IMG/VR virus record: IMGVR_UViG_3300016669_000020 | Span: 1-33,962 of that record | Length of the DNA stretch: 33,962 bases | Source of the DNA: a virus | Taxonomy: Duplodnaviria; Caudoviricetes | Strand: one strand, 5' to 3' | In this document: one piece after another, positions 10,014 to 19,328 of the stretch | How positions within the stretch are numbered: position 1 is the stretch's first letter | Layout: each line of letters opens with the position of its first letter | The notes under the pieces: generated by a model | Seen by the model: the letters and a program-made list of their open reading frames with translations, nothing else | What the model was told of the DNA's origin: nothing | Databases searched by the model: none | Position numbers and translations under genes: made by a program

Positions 10014-10442
10014 TCAGGCCAGCGGCGAGCCGGCGACGGTGAAGAACAGCGTGACGGGGATGGAGGCCGCACGCGCCGCGGCGGCGCCTTCCGCCTCGGC
10101 ATCGTCGAAGGACGGTGCACCGGGCTGGGCCCACTCGACTGCGCCGCCAAGGCTGCGGTCGCCGGCGATCGCGGTGGCGATGTCAACCAGCAGGGCATCG
10201 AGAAGTGCGCTGCTGGTCGCGACGACCTCGACATCGGCGCGATGTTCGATGGCCCAGGCCAGCGGCGAGAGGATGGCGGTCTCCTCCACCGTCTCGCCGT
10301 CACGCACCACGACCAGCCCGCCGGCCGGCAGCCGCTGCGGCACGGTTTCGTTGCGGAGGACTTTCGGGGCCAGGCTGCGCGCGGCCAGGGCGGCGTTCAG
10401 GTGCGCGAACAGGGCAGCCAGAGCGGCTTCACGGACACTCAT
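10014..10442 (-). CDS. Tail completion/terminator protein (putative)
   Basis: MSVREAALAAL...DRSLGGAVEWA; directly upstream of the tail tube; ATGA overlap with the previous gene. Confidence 0.65.
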   Translation of the reverse strand: MSVREAALAALFAHLNAALAARSLAPKVLRNETVPQRLPAGGLVVVRDGETVEETAILSPLAWAIEHRADVEVVATSSALLDALLVDIATAIAGDRSLGGAVEWAQPGAPSFDDAEAEGAAAARAASIPVTLFFTVAGSPLA

Positions 10443-11161
10443 CCTGTCCGCGCCGCCTCGGCTTCCCAAGCCGCCACAAAGCGCCGCGGCAGGCGCCGCA
10501 AGGCGCGCAGCGACGCCCCCTGAACATCGAGCCGCTTGGCCAGCTTCACCTGGGGCAGCAGCAGAAACATCGGCACCATCCCCTGTTCGAGCAGCCCACG
10601 GGCCCAGGCCTCGCGGCCCTTGCGGTTGGCGGTACCGATTTCGGCAACACCGCCGGCCATAAGCCGGGTGCGACGGCGCCGGCCGGTCTGCTCGCCCTGC
10701 CGCAGCGGCAGGCACCAGACGAAGCCTCGGCCCGACTTGAAAGGACGCAGGAAGGCCTGGCCCGAGGCCACCATTTGGGCCGGCGTGACGCGCAGCCCCT
10801 TGTCGCCGCGCCCCCGCCAGCCGCGCGCCGCGTTGAAGCCGGTGGCGATCGCCAGGAACCGCCCACCGCCCTTCGGCCGGATCAGCGCGCCGCGCTCGAA
10901 GGCGTCGATGACGAGCGGGGTCTTGCTCCACACCAGCCCGGCCGCGCGCATCGACACGCCGGTCCGCGGATAGATTTGGGAGCGCCAGGCATTGGCGATG
11001 CCGCGCGCCTTGCCGCCGAGCGAACCGGTGACCTGCTGGCGCAGCTCCTGCTTCAGCGCATCGGTCTCGTCGCGCACGACGCGGGAGGCGGCGCGCTCGC
11101 CGGCACTCACCTCCTCGGCCAGTGCCTTGCGGAGATCACCGACAAGGGCGGTGAGCCGCAT
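10439..11161 (-). CDS. DUF6441-like basic neck/tail-completion protein
   Basis: Arg-rich; AGLVWSKTPLVIDAFERGALIR, VPMFLLLPQVKLAKRLD; connector region. Confidence 0.65.
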   Translation of the reverse strand: MRLTALVGDLRKALAEEVSAGERAASRVVRDETDALKQELRQQVTGSLGGKARGIANAWRSQIYPRTGVSMRAAGLVWSKTPLVIDAFERGALIRPKGGGRFLAIATGFNAARGWRGRGDKGLRVTPAQMVASGQAFLRPFKSGRGFVWCLPLRQGEQTGRRRRTRLMAGGVAEIGTANRKGREAWARGLLEQGMVPMFLLLPQVKLAKRLDVQGASLRALRRLPRRFVAAWEAEAARTG

Positions 11162-11424
11162 CAGCGATCGCCACCCCAACGCAGCCAGGCGCCGAGAGCG
11201 AGCAGCGCCAGCACCCCGGTGGTGGCTGCGCGGGCGACCTGCTCCAGCACCGTGCGTCGAACGCCGCGCCAGTCGGTGAGCAGCCGGCGCAGGTCACGCA
11301 GATCCTGGGCGGCGCTCTCGTCATGGAGGCCGAGGGAGGCCAGCGCCCGGCGCGCCCCGGTTTCGGCCGCGGCGTCGAGCATGGCCTGCAGCTCGGGCGG
11401 CCGCAGGGTCACCGGATCGGTCAT
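11161..11424 (-). CDS. DUF6127-like small membrane protein (candidate holin)
   Basis: AAETGARRALASLGLHDESA..DLRDLR.LL..W followed by a C-terminal hydrophobic helix; GGAGG RBS. Confidence 0.6.
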   Translation of the reverse strand: MTDPVTLRPPELQAMLDAAAETGARRALASLGLHDESAAQDLRDLRRLLTDWRGVRRTVLEQVARAATTGVLALLALGAWLRWGGDR

Positions 11425-11433
11425 GGCAGCCTC

Positions 11434-11742
11434 CTATCTCCGGCAATGGACCCGCCAAGCGGCCCCCGCGGCATCGCGCTCGGCGTGCTGGACGGTGAGG
11501 ACGTCGCCGCCGAGGGTGAAGGTGTCGTCGGGCTCGACGGCCGGTAGCAGGGCGATGGCAACGGCCAGAACATCCGTGGCCTGGACCAGCCCGGTGCCGA
11601 AGGCGTCGGCGATCCGGTCCGGGCTGGAGCGAATGACCCGGACAGCGACCGCCGGACCGCTGCCGCCGGCGCGATAGAGGGCTTCGGCGCCGAGGTTCGG
11701 ATCCGCGGCCAGGATCTCCATCGCGGCCGCGAAGGCGCTCAC
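11434..11742 (-). CDS. Head-tail joining (head closure) protein
   Basis: GTG start overlapping the previous stop; SAFAAAMEILAADPN...AVRVIRSSPD...DTFTLGG...W. Confidence 0.7.
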   Translation of the reverse strand: MSAFAAAMEILAADPNLGAEALYRAGGSGPAVAVRVIRSSPDRIADAFGTGLVQATDVLAVAIALLPAVEPDDTFTLGGDVLTVQHAERDAAGAAWRVHCRR

Positions 11743-12371
11743 GCCGGCCGGCCCAGCCGCCAGGCGAGCACGCCCGCCACCGCGGCGAGGATGACAGCGA
11801 CCGCGACCATAGGCGCCAGGCCGCCCAGCGCCTGGATCGCCGGCGCCGCCTGAGCAATTGCGGTGGCAACGCCGGCCGCTCCCACCAGGAGTGCACCGCG
11901 GCCGGTGTCGGTGACGGCGGCGACCTGGGCCAGCGTCCGCGGAGCCGTTGGCGGCACACCGGCCAAGGTGAGCGCCCGGTCCAGCACAGCCGGCGGATAG
12001 GTGAGGCCGGCGCATTCCTGCGCGACGATGGCCTCGACCAGCGGCCGGAGATGGTCATGCCGGTGCAGGTCGAGCGTCTCATCCGGGCCGACGCCGAGGC
12101 GGCCGGTCACGGCCGCGACATAGGCCGAGGTGTTGTTCTCCAGCGAGGGTGCCCAGCGAGTGATGATGGAGCGTGCCGTCCGCAGGCCATGCCGGTCCTG
12201 ATAGGTCAGCAGCAGCACCGCCAGGGCACGCAGCCCATACTCATGGCTGTTGAAGCGGCAGAACCGCCCATCCGAGGGCGGCGCCGCCAGGCCCTGCCAT
12301 TTGTTGGCGGGGCTGTGCTCGATATTGCCGGGATTGCGGTTGCGGTATCCGCGGGTGGTCCTGGGATCCAT
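11739..12371 (-). CDS. Lysozyme-like 'virion protein P5'-type candidate endolysin with C-terminal membrane helices
   Basis: RGYRNRNPGNI, YGLRAL..LL.Y, IITRWAPSLENNTSAYV, AIVAQE; hydrophobic C-terminus. Confidence 0.7.
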   Translation of the reverse strand: MDPRTTRGYRNRNPGNIEHSPANKWQGLAAPPSDGRFCRFNSHEYGLRALAVLLLTYQDRHGLRTARSIITRWAPSLENNTSAYVAAVTGRLGVGPDETLDLHRHDHLRPLVEAIVAQECAGLTYPPAVLDRALTLAGVPPTAPRTLAQVAAVTDTGRGALLVGAAGVATAIAQAAPAIQALGGLAPMVAVAVILAAVAGVLAWRLGRPA

Positions 12372-12373
12372 GC

Positions 12374-12721
12374 TCAGGCCCCCAAGGCCGGCACGCGGTT
12401 GAGCCAGACGCGGACCGTGGTGTCCGCCGCCAGCGCCGCGACGGTCGCGATGCCAATAGAAAAATTGCCGGTGGCGGTGGTGGTGATGCGGCGGTTGGTA
12501 TTGTCCCAGAAGACCCGTGCGCCGGCGGTGATGGCGAGCGAGGGCTCCTTGGTGAGGTCAAAGACGCCCTGGGTGGCGGCTTCGATGATCGCGTTCTGCG
12601 CGCCATCGATAGCGGCGACGCCGAAGAGCGCGCCGACCAGGAGGCCCTGGCCCGAGGTGACGCCGCCCGAATAGGGCACTGCAACGGCCAGGCTGTCGCC
12701 CGGCTGGATGAAGTTCCGCAT
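12374..12721 (-). CDS. DUF2190 capsid cement/decoration protein
   Basis: MRNFIQPGDSL...VTSGQGLLVGALFGVA...GVFDLTK...VFWD; AGGAG RBS. Confidence 0.85.
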   Translation of the reverse strand: MRNFIQPGDSLAVAVPYSGGVTSGQGLLVGALFGVAAIDGAQNAIIEAATQGVFDLTKEPSLAITAGARVFWDNTNRRITTTATGNFSIGIATVAALAADTTVRVWLNRVPALGA

Positions 12722-12774
12722 GGGGTACTCCTGCGATGGTGAAGGGAGGGTGCCGCGCCGGGCCAACACGCCGG

Positions 12775-12803
12775 TTGCGTGAAGTAGTGCATTTCACTAT
12801 ATT
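12775..12803 (+). promoter_or_regulatory. Sigma70-type promoter with overlapping palindromic operator for the Phd-VapC module
   Basis: TTGCGT (12775-80), 17 bp spacer, TATATT (12798-803); inverted repeat TAGTG-CATTT-CACTA (12785-99); ATG 6 nt after the -10. Confidence 0.7.
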
Positions 12804-12809
12804 CGGGGC

Positions 12810-13052
12810 ATGGACGAGATGATCTCGGCAACCGATGCCAACCGATCCTTCTCCCACCTGCTCCGGCGCGTCCGAGAGGAGGGGAAGGCCTTCACTGTGA
12901 CGTCGCACGGCGAGTCCGTGGCGCGGCTCGTTCCCTGCCGTGCGGCTGAGGCCGACCGCCTCACCGCCCGGGATGCGCTGCTCCGCCGGCTGATGGCCCA
13001 AGCGGTCAGCGAGGCTGGGCGCTGGACGCGCGATGAGCTTTACGAGCGCTGA
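12810..13052 (+). CDS. Phd/YefM-family antitoxin
   Basis: ISATDANRSFSHLLRRV..G..FTVTSHGESVARLVP...RWTRDELYER. Confidence 0.9.
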   Translation: MDEMISATDANRSFSHLLRRVREEGKAFTVTSHGESVARLVPCRAAEADRLTARDALLRRLMAQAVSEAGRWTRDELYER

Positions 13053-13053
13053 G

Positions 13054-13473
13054 GTGAGGATCGCGCTCGATACGAATGTCCTCGCCTATGCCGAGGGCGT
13101 GAACGGCCAGGACCGCAAGGACACGGCGCTGCTGATCCTGCGCGACTTCGCGGAGCATGAGCTGATGGTGCCGGCGCAGGCCCTGGGCGAGCTCTTTGTC
13201 GTGCTGACGCGCAAAGCCAAGCGTGAGGCCGCCGAGGCGCGTGGCGCCGTGCTGGGCTGGTCGGACAGCTTCCCATTGATCGACACCACGCCGGCCGTGA
13301 TCGTCGAGGCGATGGAATTGGTGACGACCCATCGCCTCGGCTTCTGGGATTCGGTGATGCTGGCCGGTGCTGCGCAGGCGGGCTGTCGCATGCTTCTTTC
13401 CGAGGACATGCAGGACGGCTTCACCTGGCGCGGCGTGACGGTCCGGAACCCCTTCGGCGCCACCAAGATCTGA
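13054..13473 (+). CDS. vapC: VapC-family PIN-domain toxin
   Basis: GTG start; IALDTNVL, E, FWDSVMLA, LLSEDMQDG...VRNPF conserved PIN acidic residues. Confidence 0.9.
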   Translation: MRIALDTNVLAYAEGVNGQDRKDTALLILRDFAEHELMVPAQALGELFVVLTRKAKREAAEARGAVLGWSDSFPLIDTTPAVIVEAMELVTTHRLGFWDSVMLAGAAQAGCRMLLSEDMQDGFTWRGVTVRNPFGATKI

Positions 13474-13494
13474 CGGCGCCGAAGGGGCAGGTGA

Positions 13495-15597
13495 TCAGGT
13501 GCCCGGGTTGAACCAGGCGCCGCGCCAATCGATCGCACCGACGCCGAAGTCGAAGATCACGCTGACCTCGACGCCATCAACGCCGGACACCGGCCCGGTG
13601 GTGACCTGCGGCCCCTCCGCGCCGTTCAGGTAGCCATAGACATAGACCGGCGCCGAGAACGGGTCGGAGAAGAGATACCAGCGATTGTTCTGGATTAGCG
13701 GCTCGACTAGCGGCTGCACAAAGCCCGCATAGACATTGGCATTGCTGGTCTGCGTCGCGGCGACGCTGACGGTCAGCTGCCGTGCCGCGAGTTCCTGGTT
13801 CGGGCCGACCACCAGGCGCATGGAGGAGCCGACGGCAATCGGCAGCCCGTCGAGGGTTTTTTGCTTCATGATGGCGGCGCGGCCGGCGGCGAGGCCCGTC
13901 AGGTCGAGCGCCGAGCCGGCGGAGGCCTTGTTGGCGCGGGCGGCCGCGGTGCCGAACACCGTGGCGTTGCCGGTGGTCAGCGTCGGGCCGTCGCCATTGC
14001 CGAGGTTCAGCAGGCCGTAGGCGGTGGCGTTTTCGAAGTCGGCGACGCGCCGGCCGATCGCCGCGGCAAAGTCGGTGAAGGCGCCGAGATCGTCATTGAC
14101 CAGCATCGGCCGGGTGACCCGGATGCGCCGAGCGAAGGTCTGCAGGAGCACGATCTCCTGGCTCTCGGACATGGTGCCGGCCTGGATCTCGCCGTTCTCC
14201 AGCAGTGGCAGCAGCGTCGGGAAGTCGCCGACGCGGAGATGCCGGTGCGGCTTGAAGTCCCGAAAATCGCGGCGGAGGAAGATCTGCCGGTAGGTCGGCT
14301 GCGCCGGCTGGTAGGCGGCCAGCAGCATCTTGTTGGCGGCGGCCGAGAGCAGCAGGGGGAAATCCGACGTGGTGTGAAAGGCGCGCTCGGCCAGCAGCGT
14401 CGGGTTGCGCGGCGGGTTGCGGTCGCCGCGGCGGGCGAGCAGCTCGCGCAGCATGTCCGAGGGGCGCCAGCCCATGAACTCGGCGTGGCGGCCGGCGCCG
14501 GGGCCAGTGCTGGGCGGTTGGTAGCCGGGCATGGAGCGGGCGGCGAGCGCCTCCGCCATGGCGTCGAGCAGCTGCGCTGGGTCGTCGTGCTCGGGGCCGC
14601 TCTCCGGGCGGGCTGGGAGCGTGGGGCGGGCGGTCTGGGACTGGGTGAAGGCCTCCCACAGCCGGGCGCGAAGCACCTCGGGGCTAGCGCGATCGCGCAT
14701 CGCGGCCTCGCGCATCGCGTCGATGTTATCGGCGGGGAGCAGGCCGCGCGCGACGGCGAGCACCGGCTCGTAGCTGGCGATGCGTTCGGCGACGGCGCGC
14801 TCGGCCTCGGCGCGGATGGCCTCGAGGTCGATCGACGGGGCGGTGGGCGCGGCCCGGGTCGGTTCCGGCGCGGGGGCGCTGGGCGTGGTGCTCACGGTGG
14901 TCTCCTGGGGCAGGGTGGTAGACGGCGCGGCGGAGGGCGGCGCCGCAGGCGGGGCAGCCGGGGTCTCCGGCGTCGTCTCGGGCATGGTGGGTTCCTCGTC
15001 AGGCAGGGCGGGTTCGATCGCCGGCGCGGGGAGGCCCTGCTCCCCCTGCGCGCGGACTGCGGCGTCGCGATCCACTGGGACCGGCACGACGGAGATCTCA
15101 AAGGGCTCCCAATCCACCGCGCGGTGGACGGTCTCGCCGGAGCCAGCATCCGGCCGCGGCTCGTAGCGATGCACGCGATAGCCGACGCTCACCGCGCGCA
15201 GCGTGCCGTCGGCGATGCGCTGCCAGACCGGCTCGACATCGGCGGCGGTGGAGAACTGCAGCGTGGCGTAGCCGCGCCCGCGCTCGAGGCGGGCGGCGGT
15301 GACGCGCCCCAGCACGTCCCGCGCACCGCCACGGCGGTGGGTGTCCAGCACCGGCGCATTGCCGGATCGGAGCGCGGCCATCCGCACCGCGTTGGGCGAC
15401 ATCTCCAGCTCCTCGGTAATCAGGCCGAGGGCGGGGACGAAGTTGCGGGCGCGGGCGCCGGTGGACCACACCACCTCGACGGTGCGGGCGGCCCGATCGA
15501 CGGTGGCGGGCGCGGCGAGCGCGCGCTGCGCCACCATGGGCACAGCAGGGATGTCCGGCGCGGGGGCGGCCCCGGCCGGTTCGGTCATCTCGGTCAT
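13495..15597 (-). CDS. Fused prohead protease / major capsid protein
   Basis: N-terminal protease (VLDTH, VSVGY, WEPFEISVVPVP), Pro/Ala linker, scaffold-like helix, capsid part from AFHTTSDFP to DFGVGAIDWRG. Confidence 0.92.
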   Translation of the reverse strand: MTEMTEPAGAAPAPDIPAVPMVAQRALAAPATVDRAARTVEVVWSTGARARNFVPALGLITEELEMSPNAVRMAALRSGNAPVLDTHRRGGARDVLGRVTAARLERGRGYATLQFSTAADVEPVWQRIADGTLRAVSVGYRVHRYEPRPDAGSGETVHRAVDWEPFEISVVPVPVDRDAAVRAQGEQGLPAPAIEPALPDEEPTMPETTPETPAAPPAAPPSAAPSTTLPQETTVSTTPSAPAPEPTRAAPTAPSIDLEAIRAEAERAVAERIASYEPVLAVARGLLPADNIDAMREAAMRDRASPEVLRARLWEAFTQSQTARPTLPARPESGPEHDDPAQLLDAMAEALAARSMPGYQPPSTGPGAGRHAEFMGWRPSDMLRELLARRGDRNPPRNPTLLAERAFHTTSDFPLLLSAAANKMLLAAYQPAQPTYRQIFLRRDFRDFKPHRHLRVGDFPTLLPLLENGEIQAGTMSESQEIVLLQTFARRIRVTRPMLVNDDLGAFTDFAAAIGRRVADFENATAYGLLNLGNGDGPTLTTGNATVFGTAAARANKASAGSALDLTGLAAGRAAIMKQKTLDGLPIAVGSSMRLVVGPNQELAARQLTVSVAATQTSNANVYAGFVQPLVEPLIQNNRWYLFSDPFSAPVYVYGYLNGAEGPQVTTGPVSGVDGVEVSVIFDFGVGAIDWRGAWFNPGT

Positions 15598-15619
15598 GCT
15601 GGATCCTATGAGGGCGCCG

Positions 15620-17113
15620 CTACGGCGCGGCGTAGCCCTGGGCGTTGAGGTAGATTTGCGCCCCGGTGGTGATGCAGGCGACGTTCATCGCCGTCGCCGC
15701 CGTCCCCTTGAGCGGGGTCGGAAAGGTGATCTCCACCGGCGCCGGCATCGCCGCCGGCAGCAGCTGGCGCCAGATCACCGCCGCGCCGTCCTTGATCACC
15801 ACCTCGGTCGCGACCGTGGCATGGGCGTTCCGGACGTCGATGGAGGTGACGTAGTTCCTTACACCGGCGGCCGCGGCAGCCTTGATGGCGACATCCGTGG
15901 TGTTGCTGATGCCGCCCGATGCGGCGGCGTATTGCCAATCCGCCTCCGGGATCGAGAAGGGCTTGTTGACCAGCGCGCCGATCAGGGTGGCCATCAGATC
16001 GACGCCGCGGCCGGTGGTGACCGAGGTGGGGTTGGCCGAGAGGCCGGTCGCCGCCAGCACCGGCACGGCGCCCGAGGTGTTGCGGGCCTGGCCACCGACC
16101 GCGGTGACGCTGGGCGCCACCGTGCTCAGCACGTTGACCCCGAGCCCCTGGCCGGCGACGGACTGGCCCCGGCCGGCGGTGATCTCGGTCGTCAGCTCGG
16201 CGTAGTCGGCAATGGTGACGAACTGCACCTTGACATCGGTGCTGGAGGCCGGCGCCAGGTTGCGGCTGACCGAGGCCCAGCCGGTGTTGACGTAAGCCCC
16301 CGTGAAGGCCGAGCCGACCAGGTCAAAGCTGTTAGCGTCGATCACCGTGATGGTGAAGCTGCCATTGGCGCCCGGCACGCCAGAGACATCGGCCAGCGTC
16401 ACCACGTCATTGGTGGCAAAGCCGTGTGATGCCCGGGTGATGCGGACCAGGCCGGAGCCGTTATTCGCCACCGCCGAGATGCCGTTCAGGAACTGCCGGT
16501 TGCGCACGCGGATCCGCAGGCGATAGGCGGCGGTGGGGTCCGGGATCTGCTGGTGGCGGACATAGGAGTTGGATCGCGCCGCCGTGTTGTCGATCAGGCG
16601 GCCGTGGAACCAGCATTCGTCATTAGTCGGCTCAATCTCCAGCACCGACCAGCCGGCCGGGGCAGTCGTCGGGATGGTGGAGCCGGAGGCGCTGACCAGC
16701 CGGGGCGCGCCCTCGCTGGCCACCTCGTAATTGGCGAGCGTCGCACTAGTGCCGTCGAGCCGCCAGGCGGCGATGCCGCGGCCGTCCGGCTCGTTGGTGG
16801 TGGGATCGACGCTGACGAGCTCGAACCAGACGGATTGGCCTGCAATGCGCTGGCTCAGGTTGAGCGCCACCATCACCCGCAGCGGCACGGTGAAGCTCGC
16901 CCGCGTGCCGATGGTGATCTCGTCGTCGAGCACCGTGCCAGTGGAGACGGTCAGCGTGCCGTCGGCGACGGTCATCGCCATGCCGCTGCCGATGGATGAA
17001 ACCTCCCAGCGCGCTGCATTCAGCGCGGTGCCGTTGAAGCTGTCGCGAAACTTCTTCTGCATGCTCTTGATCTTGAGCATGTCGTCCGTCCAGTCGTAGG
17101 CGCCGGCGGTCAT
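15620..17113 (-). CDS. Hypothetical beta-rich virion protein with an internal E1-FCCH-like segment
   Basis: 497 aa, Thr/Ala/Val/Ser-rich; ATGA overlap with the portal stop and AGGAG RBS; segment ISAVAN...VRITRASHGFATNDVVTLADVSG..GANGSFTITVIDANSFDL. Confidence 0.7.
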   Translation of the reverse strand: MTAGAYDWTDDMLKIKSMQKKFRDSFNGTALNAARWEVSSIGSGMAMTVADGTLTVSTGTVLDDEITIGTRASFTVPLRVMVALNLSQRIAGQSVWFELVSVDPTTNEPDGRGIAAWRLDGTSATLANYEVASEGAPRLVSASGSTIPTTAPAGWSVLEIEPTNDECWFHGRLIDNTAARSNSYVRHQQIPDPTAAYRLRIRVRNRQFLNGISAVANNGSGLVRITRASHGFATNDVVTLADVSGVPGANGSFTITVIDANSFDLVGSAFTGAYVNTGWASVSRNLAPASSTDVKVQFVTIADYAELTTEITAGRGQSVAGQGLGVNVLSTVAPSVTAVGGQARNTSGAVPVLAATGLSANPTSVTTGRGVDLMATLIGALVNKPFSIPEADWQYAAASGGISNTTDVAIKAAAAAGVRNYVTSIDVRNAHATVATEVVIKDGAAVIWRQLLPAAMPAPVEITFPTPLKGTAATAMNVACITTGAQIYLNAQGYAAP

Positions 17114-18597
17114 GGCTGTGCTCCTGTGGCCGGGGCCGGCTCGGGCCGCGGAGGCGCGGCAGCGCCGGTGGCTGCGATTTCGATGGCGGCCAGCTGCGCG
17201 GCGTCCTGGGCGGCGCCGGATTTCGCGACGCGGCGCGTATCGGTGTCGAGCGAGATGCCGGCCTCATCGAGCAGGGCATTGGCCTCGCGGATCATCTCGA
17301 CGGCCTGGCGGAAGTCGTAGCCAAAGGCGCCAGCCGCCTCGGGCTGCGGCACGAAGCCAGCGCGCACCTGGGCGATCAGGGCCGTCGTGTCCTTGAGCGG
17401 GTCGATCATCTCATGCGCCGGCGGGACGTGGCTGACGCCATCCGGCATCTCAGCGCCCCACAGGCCGAGCAGCGCGCCCTGGGCGTGGAAGCGATCCGCG
17501 ATGGGCCGCACCAGCATCGGGATCAGCATGCCGTACTGGACCTGCTCGCAGAGCCGGCGGAACTCGATCTTGCCGGCGCGCAGCGAGGAGTAGTTCGCCT
17601 GGGTGAGGTCGCCGGAGACCTGGTCGTAGGTGAGGCCGGCGCCGACCGCAGCGGACTCGAGGGCGCGACGGGCGAAAGCCGCGTGGCTGCCACCGCCGGA
17701 GGGGTTCACCACCTCCACCGAGCCCATGCCGCGGCGATACAGGATCATCCCCGGCTCGAAGCTCTCGACGGCGCGGCCCTGGGCGTCGCGGAGCAGGCCG
17801 GATGCTGCGCCGGTCAGCGCCTCGTCACCCTCCTCGGTGACCACGGCGGCCAGGCAGGCCTCGATCTTGGCTTTCATCAGCAGCGCGGCCTCGTAGTCGC
17901 CAAGATCACGCAGGCGGAGCAGCACCGGGGCGAGCCAAGAGACGTCGCGCAGCTGGCCGGGCCGGCGCTTGCGGTAGAGGTGCAGCACGTCGCCGGCCGG
18001 AACGCGGTCGCTGGCCAGCCCCCCGCCGGGCAGCAGCCACGCCGCGCCGGGATGCAGGCGGTGCAGCCAGTAGCCGATGGGCGCACCGGCCTCGCCGAGT
18101 GCGATGCCCTGGATGGTCGGCGCGCCCTCCACCATGCCGTTGCGGGCGGTGTCGAGGTGGTCCGCCTCCAGCATCTGCAGCCGCAAGCCAATCGGGTTCG
18201 CCGGCGACGGCGGGACCATCAGGAACCGCACGAAGCACTCGCCGCTCTCGACCACCGCCCGCATGGCAAGCGCCTGGAGGCCATAGAGATCCAGCTTTCC
18301 CTCGGCGTCGCAAGCGGTGCTCTCGGCCCAGCGCCGCCAGGCATCGGCGTGGCGCCGGTCCGGCCAGCGGGTGGTGATGCCGGCGCCGACGGCGTTGCCG
18401 GTCCAGAGATCGACGATGCGGCTGGCATAGGGATCATTGCGCACGGCATCGCGGGCGCGCCGCGCCACCGTCGCCGCGGCCATGCCGACCTCGGCATTGG
18501 CGCTACCGCCGGAGGGCGCCCAGGCGGAGGCACGCTGGTCCTGCGCTGCGGCATAGCCCCGCACCGCTCGCCAGGCAGTCCTGAGACGGTCGATCAT
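17110..18597 (-). CDS. Portal protein, lambda family
   Basis: RARDAVRND, LEADHLD, VLHLY...RPGQLR, YDQVSGDL..ANYSSLR, IDPLKD. Confidence 0.95.
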   Translation of the reverse strand: MIDRLRTAWRAVRGYAAAQDQRASAWAPSGGSANAEVGMAAATVARRARDAVRNDPYASRIVDLWTGNAVGAGITTRWPDRRHADAWRRWAESTACDAEGKLDLYGLQALAMRAVVESGECFVRFLMVPPSPANPIGLRLQMLEADHLDTARNGMVEGAPTIQGIALGEAGAPIGYWLHRLHPGAAWLLPGGGLASDRVPAGDVLHLYRKRRPGQLRDVSWLAPVLLRLRDLGDYEAALLMKAKIEACLAAVVTEEGDEALTGAASGLLRDAQGRAVESFEPGMILYRRGMGSVEVVNPSGGGSHAAFARRALESAAVGAGLTYDQVSGDLTQANYSSLRAGKIEFRRLCEQVQYGMLIPMLVRPIADRFHAQGALLGLWGAEMPDGVSHVPPAHEMIDPLKDTTALIAQVRAGFVPQPEAAGAFGYDFRQAVEMIREANALLDEAGISLDTDTRRVAKSGAAQDAAQLAAIEIAATGAAAPPRPEPAPATGAQP

Positions 18598-18676
18598 CCC
18601 GGGATCTCCACTGGAAGCCGGCCCAGAGAGGCCTTAAGTAAGACCTGCAAAGACGGCGGTATTACAGGAGTAACCT

Positions 18677-18922
18677 ATGGCCACGACGGTCACGACCAAG
18701 GGTCAGGTCACCATCCCCAAGGAGGTCCGTGACCTGCTGGGTATCAAGCCGGGCAGTGCCGTCACCTTCGAGGTGGCCGAGGACGGCCGCGTGGTGCTCA
18801 ACAAGGCTGGACGGCGCGGCCCACCGGCACGGCCCCCGAGCCGCTTTGCCAAGCTGCGCGGCACTGCCACCGCTGGCATGACGACTGAAGAGATCATGGC
18901 ACTGACCCGCGGCGAGGAATGA
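18677..18922 (+). CDS. vapB: AbrB/MazE/SpoVT-family antitoxin (VapB)
   Basis: TVTTKGQVTIPKEVRDLLGIKPG..VTF; AGGAG RBS. Confidence 0.9.
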   Translation: MATTVTTKGQVTIPKEVRDLLGIKPGSAVTFEVAEDGRVVLNKAGRRGPPARPPSRFAKLRGTATAGMTTEEIMALTRGEE

Positions 18923-18923
18923 G

Positions 18924-19328
18924 GTGACTCTCGTCGACACCAACATCCTGCTCGACCTGGTTACCAACAACACGACCTGGGCTGACTGGTCACAGCGACA
19001 ATTGGAAGCTGCCGCCGTGCGTGGGCCGGTGGTGATCAACGACGTGGTCTATGCCGAGCTCTCCGTGGGCTTCCTCCGCATGGAGGAGGTCAATGACCTC
19101 CTCGCGGCGGCTCAGGTGGAAGCCGCACCGATTCCTCGCGAGGCGCTGTTCCTGGCTGGCAAGGTGTTCCAACGCTATCGGGCCGGCGGCGGAACGCGCA
19201 CGGGCGTGCTGCCGGATTTCTTCATTGGCGCGCATGCAGCGGTGGCGCAGCTGCCGTTGCTGACCCGTGATGTCCGCCGCTACCGCACGTATTTTCCGAC
19301 CGTGCAGCTGATCGCGCCCATCGACTGA
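18924..19328 (+). CDS. vapC: VapC-family PIN-domain toxin
   Basis: LVDTNILLD, YAEL, LPDFFIGAHA, LLTRD..RYRTYFP. Confidence 0.92.
   Translation: MTLVDTNILLDLVTNNTTWADWSQRQLEAAAVRGPVVINDVVYAELSVGFLRMEEVNDLLAAAQVEAAPIPREALFLAGKVFQRYRAGGGTRTGVLPDFFIGAHAAVAQLPLLTRDVRRYRTYFPTVQLIAPID

Noticed and set aside
13050-18926. Identical TGAGGTGA junction in both vapBC modules
   Set aside because: Short, and explained by stop plus RBS-like plus GTG coupling; the two modules otherwise appear unrelated in sequence
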